Of a stretch of DNA of 64,000 nucleotides, positions 58,090 through 64,000 are shown in pieces (position 1 is the first letter of the stretch; every line of letters starts with the position of its first letter). The notes beneath the pieces were generated by a model. It worked only from the letters and a program-made list of their open reading frames with translations. It did no database searches and was not told the origin of the DNA. Origin of the DNA: Bryobacterales bacterium (GTDB lineage Bacteria; Acidobacteriota; Terriglobia; Bryobacterales; UBA6623); assembly GCA_965116065.1 (NCBI GenBank), contig OZ220485.1:3312347-3376346 (forward strand), read 5' to 3'. Made by a program: the position numbers and the translations under genes.

Positions 58090-59699
58090 GAAGCCCCTTC
58101 GCACTATCGACACTCTCCGGAGCTCTGCTGGCTGCTGGCCTGCTGGCCAGCGAGGTCACGAACGAGGACCTTGGCCGCGACGAGCTGGACGCATCGAACT
58201 GGCTCAACTACCACGGCGGCTACTCCGGTCAACGACACAGTCTGTTGGACCAGATCGATACCGCCAATGTCCGGGAACTCCGTGTCGAGTGGATCTTCCA
58301 GGAGAAGATCAGCGAGAAATTCGAGGTCACTCCCCTGGTCCATGAAGACATCATGTACATCACGGTCCCGCCCGGCGACGTGTATGCGCTGGATGCGGAG
58401 ACCGGTACCCGCCTCTGGCGCTATTCCCGGCGCCTTCCGGGCAAGCTCATAGCGTGCTGCGGATTGGTGAACCGGGGCTTGGCCATCCTCGGCGACCGAC
58501 TCTTCATGGCCACCCTCGACGCGTATGCGATTGCACTCGATCGCAAGACCGGGCGGCTGCTTTGGGAGACGGAACTCATCGACTATTCGCTCGGCTACTC
58601 GGGCACGCTGGCTCCCCTGGTGGTGAAGGACATGGTCATGGTCGGCACAGCCGGTGGCGAATACGGAATCCGCGGATTCATCGATGCCTTCGACGTGGCA
58701 AGCGGGGAACGGCGGTGGCGGTTCTATACCGTGCCGGGACCGGGTGAGTTCGGTCACGGGACCTGGGCCGGAGACTCCTGGAAATCCGGCGGAGCATCGA
58801 TCTGGCTGACTCCGACCCACGACCCGGAACTGAACCTCGTGTACTGGGGCGTGGGCAATCCGGGGCCGGACTGGAACGGCGATGTCCGCCTCGGCGACAA
58901 CCTGTTCTCGGATTCGGTCGTGGCCCTCGACGCCGACACCGGCGAGCGACGGTGGCATTTCCAGTTCACCCCCCACGACGTCCACGACTGGGACGCCACG
59001 CAGGTCATGGTGCTGATGGACAAGCAGTACCGAGGTCAGCTCCGCAGACTGCTCGTCTCGGCCAACCGCAACGGCTTCATCTACATGCTGGATCGCGAGA
59101 CGGGCGAGTTCCTGCGGGCCACCCAGTTCGTGAAGCAGACCTGGGCGGTCGGCATTTCCGAAGAAGGGCGGCCCATCCGCCGTCCGGGCATGGAGCCGTC
59201 CGCCGAGGGCGTGGAAGTGTTCCCGGCAGTGGCCGGCGGCACGAACTGGATGTCACCGACATACAGTCCGGACACCGGCCTGCTGTACGTCTCGTGTCGC
59301 GAAGGCAGCAGCACGTACTTCAAGGGCGAAACGGAGTACCGTCCGGGCACCCGATATTGGGGAAGCATGTTCGTGAACGAGCCCACCATGCACAACTGGT
59401 ACGGGGCGGTCCGGGCCTTCGATCCGGTCACGGCAGAACTGCAATGGGAACACAGACTGTTCCAGCCAGCCTGGGCCGGCCTGGTGTCAACGGCCGGCGG
59501 CCTGGTCTTCGCAGGAACCTCCGACGGGTTCTTCAAGGCGCTCGACGCTCGCTCGGGCGACGAACTCTGGCGCATCAATCTTGGCGGAGCCGTCCAGGCA
59601 AGCCCCATGGCGTTCGAGGCCGACGGGCGGCAGATGATGGCGGTGGCGGCAGGAGGAGGACTCTTTGTCTTCGCCCTGCCGCGGTCCGAGAGCGACTGA
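58050..59699 (+). CDS. PQQ-dependent dehydrogenase, methanol/ethanol (quinoprotein ADH) family
   Basis: Start is ATG 58050 or in-frame TTG 58086, which overlaps the cytochrome stop. NWLNYHGGYSGQRHS, vicinal Cys pair IACCGLVNRG, GGEYGIRGF, TPHDVHDWD and NRNGFIYMLDRETGE; eight-bladed propeller W-motifs throughout. Confidence 0.9.
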   Translation: MHAARTEQGERALRSPFALSTLSGALLAAGLLASEVTNEDLGRDELDASNWLNYHGGYSGQRHSLLDQIDTANVRELRVEWIFQEKISEKFEVTPLVHEDIMYITVPPGDVYALDAETGTRLWRYSRRLPGKLIACCGLVNRGLAILGDRLFMATLDAYAIALDRKTGRLLWETELIDYSLGYSGTLAPLVVKDMVMVGTAGGEYGIRGFIDAFDVASGERRWRFYTVPGPGEFGHGTWAGDSWKSGGASIWLTPTHDPELNLVYWGVGNPGPDWNGDVRLGDNLFSDSVVALDADTGERRWHFQFTPHDVHDWDATQVMVLMDKQYRGQLRRLLVSANRNGFIYMLDRETGEFLRATQFVKQTWAVGISEEGRPIRRPGMEPSAEGVEVFPAVAGGTNWMSPTYSPDTGLLYVSCREGSSTYFKGETEYRPGTRYWGSMFVNEPTMHNWYGAVRAFDPVTAELQWEHRLFQPAWAGLVSTAGGLVFAGTSDGFFKALDARSGDELWRINLGGAVQASPMAFEADGRQMMAVAAGGGLFVFALPRSESD

Positions 59700-59744
59700 G
59701 ACCCCGGTCAGGACCGCAACAGCCGGCCGTGGGCCGGAAAGGCC

Positions 59745-61055
59745 TCAGCCCTGGATCAGATCGATGACCAGCTCCCGCGCCGGTGGCTCCTGTGCGGAGA
59801 TGCGGAATGCACCTTCGACGAGCTGCTGTGCCTCTTCCAGGTTCGCGTCATCGTTGTAGTAGATGGCGCACAGCCCGGTGTTGCTGAACACCTGCTGGCC
59901 GACTTTTGCGTCGATCACGACCCCGACGGCAGGATCGTGCAGCTTGTTGGGTCCTGGCCGTCCAGCACCGAGCAGCACGGCCGCCCTTCCGATATCCTCC
60001 GCATCAATGCGGCTGACGAACCCATCGCGGGGAGACGGGATGGGAAGGTAGCCTTGGGGATTCGGCAGTTTCTCGAAGTCCATGAGCACCTCCGGATCGC
60101 CACCCTGGGCTGCGATCACGCTCCCCAGGACCTGCAGCGCCGACCCGTCCGCAATCACCGCCTGCGCCTTCTCGCGTGCACCTTCGATCGAGATGCTGGT
60201 GTCCGCCAAGTAGATCATCCGCGCAGCAATCTCGATGGCCAGGCCGCGCAGATCCGGCGACCCCTCGCCCCGCAGCACCTGCGCGACTTCCATGATTTCC
60301 AGCGCATTGCCCACGGTGGACCCGATGGGCTGCTCCATGTCCGTCAACAGGACCTGCACCTTGACATCCAGCTTGCGCCCGATCGCAATCAACTGCTGCG
60401 CCAGCCTGCGAGCCTCGGTCCGTCCGGAAACCAGCGAGCCGCGGCTCACCTTGACATCGGCGATCAAGCCGTTGAGGTCCTCGGCCAGTTTCTTCGACAT
60501 GGCCGAGGCCGCGATCAGTTCCAGCGATTCGACCGTCGCCGTCTGGTCGCGCAGTTCGAACAGGCGCTTGTCGGCCGGCGCGAGCGCGTTGCTCTGTTCC
60601 GCAAAGGCAAGGCCGTACTCGGTCACCAGGTCGGCGAAGTCATCGACCCCGAGTTCGGTCCGCATCCCGGGAATCGACTTGAGCTTGTCCAGCGAACCGA
60701 TGATATGCCCCGTCCCGTGCTCGACGATCATCGGAACAGCGACACCTGCCGCCGCGGCGATGGGCGCCGCGACGAGCGGGGTCTTGTCGCCCACGCCACC
60801 GGTGGAATAGCAGTCCACCCGCATCGCATCGATCTGGCTGAGATCCAGCTTCTCGCCACACCGCAGCATGGCGGTGGTCAGATACGCGGACTCGGCGGGA
60901 CTGAAACCGTTGCACACTCCCGCCATGAGGAACGCGCCCATCTGGGCGTCCGGAATCTCGTTTAACGTAAAGCCGTTGATTAGCCGTTCGAAGTCCTCGA
61001 GGGTAATCTCTCCGCCGTCTCGCTTAGTTCGAATCAGGTCTACGATGCGATCCAT
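59745..61055 (-). CDS. Thymidine/pyrimidine-nucleoside phosphorylase family protein
   Basis: IRTKRDGGEITLEDFERLINGF..., YSTGGVGDKT and GSLDKLKSIPG blocks, plus a C-terminal PYNP_C-like domain. The phosphate-loop region is somewhat diverged. Confidence 0.8.
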   Translation of the reverse strand: MDRIVDLIRTKRDGGEITLEDFERLINGFTLNEIPDAQMGAFLMAGVCNGFSPAESAYLTTAMLRCGEKLDLSQIDAMRVDCYSTGGVGDKTPLVAAPIAAAAGVAVPMIVEHGTGHIIGSLDKLKSIPGMRTELGVDDFADLVTEYGLAFAEQSNALAPADKRLFELRDQTATVESLELIAASAMSKKLAEDLNGLIADVKVSRGSLVSGRTEARRLAQQLIAIGRKLDVKVQVLLTDMEQPIGSTVGNALEIMEVAQVLRGEGSPDLRGLAIEIAARMIYLADTSISIEGAREKAQAVIADGSALQVLGSVIAAQGGDPEVLMDFEKLPNPQGYLPIPSPRDGFVSRIDAEDIGRAAVLLGAGRPGPNKLHDPAVGVVIDAKVGQQVFSNTGLCAIYYNDDANLEEAQQLVEGAFRISAQEPPARELVIDLIQG

Positions 61056-61221
61056 TTCCAGTTGCCGGGCCCTTCCACGTATGCCGAGCCGGACCGCTCA
61101 GGATCGGCCTCGAAACGGTGGCACACGACTCCCGCACAAGAATTCCAAGATACCACAGCCGATCACTGCTCGGACCATACTTCGCAACAGGCCGCAGTCC
61201 GGCCCTCGTGGCGGCAGCGCG

Positions 61222-62076
61222 TCACGGCAGGAATCTGGTTCGCGCGCGCCAGGATCCGCTCCCGAGACTCGGGAGCGGAATGCGGGCATCGCCCCTCGCA
61301 ACGTCGGCGAACATGTCAAGCAGCCCCTGGGTGACTTGGCCGTTCGTGGCGACCATCGGTCCCTGACCGGGTTGATAGCGCGCTCCCTGGAAGTCGCTGT
61401 ACTCGCCACCCGCTTCGGCGAGGATCACCAGTCCTGCGCCCACATCCCACGATTGGAGTCCGATTTCCCAAAAACCCTCGAAATGCCCCTGGGCAACAGA
61501 GCATAGGTCCAGCGCGGCCGATCCGGTCCGGCGCACGCCGTGCGTCCGCATCGCGACCTGGTGAAAGTAGTGGAGATTCGGGTTCGTCTGCCGAATCGAA
61601 CTCGGGAACCCGGTCGCGAACAGCCCCTTTTCGATGTCGGCCACTTCCGACACGCGGATTCGCCGCGCATTCAGGTAGGCTCCGGACCCGCGCTCGGCGG
61701 TGAACAGGTCGTCCCTGACGGGGTCGTACACCACGCCCGCCAAGCCCTCTCCGCGCCCCCAGACACCAATACTCACGCAGAATCGAGGCAGACCGTGGGC
61801 GAAGTTCGTCGTGCCGTCCAGGGGGTCGACATACCAGACGAACTCGCCTGCACCGGTGTGTCCTCCGCCCTCCTCGGCAACGATGGAATGGGACGGAAAC
61901 CGGGATCGGATTCGCTCGACGACCCAGCGCTCCGAGGCCCGGTCAGCCACCGTGACCGTGTCGAATCGCCCCTTGTACTCGACGCTCACGCCGAGGTAGT
62001 GCTGCATGAGAATCGCGCCGGCACCGCGGGCCAGCTCAGCGGCAAACGGGATGTAGTCGTCGGCAAGGGTAGGCAC
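61222..62076 (-). CDS. Inositol monophosphatase family (SuhB-like)
   Basis: IVAEEGGG, WYVDPLDGTTNFAHG and WDVGAGLVILAEAGG motifs. Confidence 0.9.
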   Translation of the reverse strand: MPTLADDYIPFAAELARGAGAILMQHYLGVSVEYKGRFDTVTVADRASERWVVERIRSRFPSHSIVAEEGGGHTGAGEFVWYVDPLDGTTNFAHGLPRFCVSIGVWGRGEGLAGVVYDPVRDDLFTAERGSGAYLNARRIRVSEVADIEKGLFATGFPSSIRQTNPNLHYFHQVAMRTHGVRRTGSAALDLCSVAQGHFEGFWEIGLQSWDVGAGLVILAEAGGEYSDFQGARYQPGQGPMVATNGQVTQGLLDMFADVARGDARIPLPSLGSGSWRARTRFLP

Positions 62077-62111
62077 ATCACAGGCTAACAGCCCTGCGCT
62101 ACAACCGCCTG

Positions 62112-63269
62112 TCAGGGCCTGATGATTCCCGGCCTTGGTCTCCCGTCCGGTCGGCCGCGCTTCTTCTGCGCAGGCGGGGGATGCGGCGGTGTCTCGACTT
62201 CCCCGCCCGGCGACCGGGCCTGCGGCAAGCGCCGCAAGTTCGCAGGCTTCTCGCGTCCGGAAGGACGCTCCACCGCCTGGGCATCCAGATCGGCATAATA
62301 CCCGGAACGGGCGAACACCTTGGCTCCTGACCGCTTTACGCGAATATCGATGTTGCGGAATATCTCCTTGCGCTGCACTCCGTCCAGTCGCGGATAGAAT
62401 CCAAGGTAGTACTGGGTCCGGAGGTTGACAAGCACCCGGTCGAACGCCTCGTCGAGGCTGGCCGCTCCATGCTGGACGAACGTCTCACCGCCCGTGTTGC
62501 CGGCTAGCGTGATCAGTGCATGCTCACCACCCCGATTCCGTCCCGCGTCGCTGCGGATCGGAAGCACGATCAACGGGTAGATCGCAATCTCGGCATCATG
62601 GGCCGCCCTCATCGCATCCGCAAAACTCCTGTGGCTGGTTGTGTCACCGCCATCCGTGATCAGGACGATGACCCTGCGTGTGTCGCGCCGGGCGAGTTCA
62701 CCCGAAGCCAGGTGGATGGCATCGTAGACGGACGTTCCGGACTCGGGCCGCACCCGGCCCAAGGCCGACGCAAGCGCGGCTTGGGCCCGAGTGAACGGCT
62801 GGAGAACCTCGACGTCGGACGAGAACGAGAATATCGCCATGCTGTCCCGCGACTGCGCACCCGGTCCGAGCAGCCCCCCGATGAATCGTCGGGCGGACTC
62901 GCGCTGGTAGCGCAACTCGATGGCCGTGCTCAGGCTCGCATCCAGCATGAGCACGACGGATACAGGCCTGTCCGTGTGTCTTTCGAAGACGGCCAGGTCC
63001 CTCTGGACCCCTTCCTCGAAAACCTCGAACTCGGCCCGGTCCAGATCGCCTACGGGAACCCCATCAGCATCCTTGACCGTGACCGGCAGCGTGACCAGAC
63101 GCACATCGGTCGTGAACACCACATCCTCGTCCTGCTGCGCTTCGACCGGCACGGCGGCCCCTAGCAGGAACGTGACCAGACAGCCTGTCAGGCCGCTGTA
63201 CGTGGCACGGACTCGTCCCACTGGCCCTCCACCCAGACTTCGCCGTCCGCGAAGTGCTCTTTCTTCCAC
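62112..63269 (-). CDS. VWFA-related Acidobacteria-type domain protein (TIGR03436-like)
   Basis: FTTDVRLVTLPVTVKDADGVPVGDLDRAEFEVFEEGVQRDLAVFE, then VVLMLDASLS (MIDAS DxSxS) and TDGGDT. The GTG 63269 start overlaps moaDE by 82 nt, so GTG 63221 or a later start is possible. Confidence 0.85.
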   Translation of the reverse strand: MEERALRGRRSLGGGPVGRVRATYSGLTGCLVTFLLGAAVPVEAQQDEDVVFTTDVRLVTLPVTVKDADGVPVGDLDRAEFEVFEEGVQRDLAVFERHTDRPVSVVLMLDASLSTAIELRYQRESARRFIGGLLGPGAQSRDSMAIFSFSSDVEVLQPFTRAQAALASALGRVRPESGTSVYDAIHLASGELARRDTRRVIVLITDGGDTTSHRSFADAMRAAHDAEIAIYPLIVLPIRSDAGRNRGGEHALITLAGNTGGETFVQHGAASLDEAFDRVLVNLRTQYYLGFYPRLDGVQRKEIFRNIDIRVKRSGAKVFARSGYYADLDAQAVERPSGREKPANLRRLPQARSPGGEVETPPHPPPAQKKRGRPDGRPRPGIIRP

Positions 63270-63916
63270 ACCGGCACCTTGCGCTTGACTGCATTGATCG
63301 CTTCCAGACTCGCCTCATAGGCCGGCCGGCGGTGAGCAGCCGCCACGACGATCGAGACACTCGCCTCACGAATCTGGAGGCGGCCCACACGATGCACGAG
63401 CGCGATGCCGTCCACCGCGTGCGTGTCGAGCACGCTGCGGCCGATCTCCTCCAGTTGCCGCAACGCAAGCGGCACGTAGCACTCGTAGTCCAGATACAGC
63501 GTCCGCCGACCACCGGAGTTGTTCCTGACCACTCCGTCGAAGGTAATCAGGGCGCCGTCGCCGTCGCCTTGTGTGCGAACGGCCAACGCTCTGCTGTCGA
63601 TCGGTGCACGGGTCACGGCCGCGAACACTCCGTTCCCCTCGGAACTCGCCAGCCATCCGGTGCCACCGCTCACCGGCGGCATGATCGCCACCTCATCGCC
63701 GTCCTCGAGCACTTCATCCGGACGGGCAAACTGGAGGTTCCGCGCCATCGCGATGCTACCGGCCATTTCGGCGAGCCTCGGCCTTTGAGACGAGTAGTGG
63801 CGGAAGAGCGTTTCGAGAGACGAACCGTCAGGCAGGTCGAGCTCGTCGCTCGAGCGTCCGACCAGATCCCTGAGCTGCCCGAAGAAGAGTACCTGGACAC
63901 GCATGACCGCCTTCAT
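63188..63916 (-). CDS. Fused molybdopterin synthase MoaD-MoaE
   Basis: ORF 63188..63982; start at MKAVMRVQVLFFGQLRDL (63916 or 63904). The MoaD part ends ...EVAIMPPVSGG. It continues directly into MoaE (ITFDGVVRN...LDYECY...VHRVGRLQIREASVSIVVAAAHR...VPVWKKE). Confidence 0.85.
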   Translation of the reverse strand: MKAVMRVQVLFFGQLRDLVGRSSDELDLPDGSSLETLFRHYSSQRPRLAEMAGSIAMARNLQFARPDEVLEDGDEVAIMPPVSGGTGWLASSEGNGVFAAVTRAPIDSRALAVRTQGDGDGALITFDGVVRNNSGGRRTLYLDYECYVPLALRQLEEIGRSVLDTHAVDGIALVHRVGRLQIREASVSIVVAAAHRRPAYEASLEAINAVKRKVPVWKKEHFADGEVWVEGQWDESVPRTAA

Positions 63917-64000
63917 TCTCGCAAGCCCCGCCGATTCGCCAACCGAAGACCTCCGCCGATGCCGGGTCAGCGCTCCAGGCACCTCTCCCAGGCCTCGAGA

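Overview
High-GC bacterial chromosomal segment, probably from an Acidobacteriota-like organism. That is an inference from a TIGR03436-type 'VWFA-related' protein, CarboxypepD_reg-type TonB-dependent receptors, a DUF1552/DUF1592 gene pair and many Tat-exported hydrolases. I can support about 45 protein genes and one tRNA-Lys(CUU). The backbone encodes secreted or periplasmic degradative enzymes: four formylglycine-type sulfatases, amidohydrolases, a GMC oxidoreductase, an astacin protease and TIM-barrel isomerases. It also carries two TonB-dependent receptors, a ZIP transporter, an alcohol/C1-oxidation cluster (PQQ dehydrogenase, di-haem cytochrome c, formaldehyde-dehydrogenase-like ADH) and housekeeping genes (gatB, fadB-like, surA-like, yhaM-like, IMPase, thymidine phosphorylase, fused moaD-moaE). 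Several small accessory islets interrupt this backbone. (1) 3.9-8.5 kb holds a zeta-like kinase with overlapping small ORFs, an IS30 remnant, an MqsR/MqsA-like pair with a frameshifted antitoxin, and an AT-rich 629-aa ParA-like ATPase carrying a KGGVGR P-loop variant fused to TPR-like repeats. (2) 17.4-19.0 kb is an AT-rich islet with an orphan DNA methyltransferase. (3) 24.3-26.1 kb has an Rpn nuclease plus a stand-alone copy of its C-terminal domain. (4) 33.5-34.7 kb has a YwgA/Panacea-like gene plus a DUF2335 gene. (5) 38.1-40.4 kb has an IS1595-like gene with a degenerate catalytic triad, translationally coupled to a methyltransferase-Mrr fusion. My best candidate for an undescribed system is the coupled MqsR-like / MqsA-like / KGGVGR-ATPase-TPR cassette at 5.4-8.4 kb. 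Other unexplained signals are a CRISPR-like pair of 37-bp repeats with a 33-bp spacer (45.69-45.80 kb) and two sets of direct repeats upstream of the cytochrome c/PQQ operon. All calls rest on reading the translated ORFs and the DNA by eye. No database search was run, and start codons are approximate.
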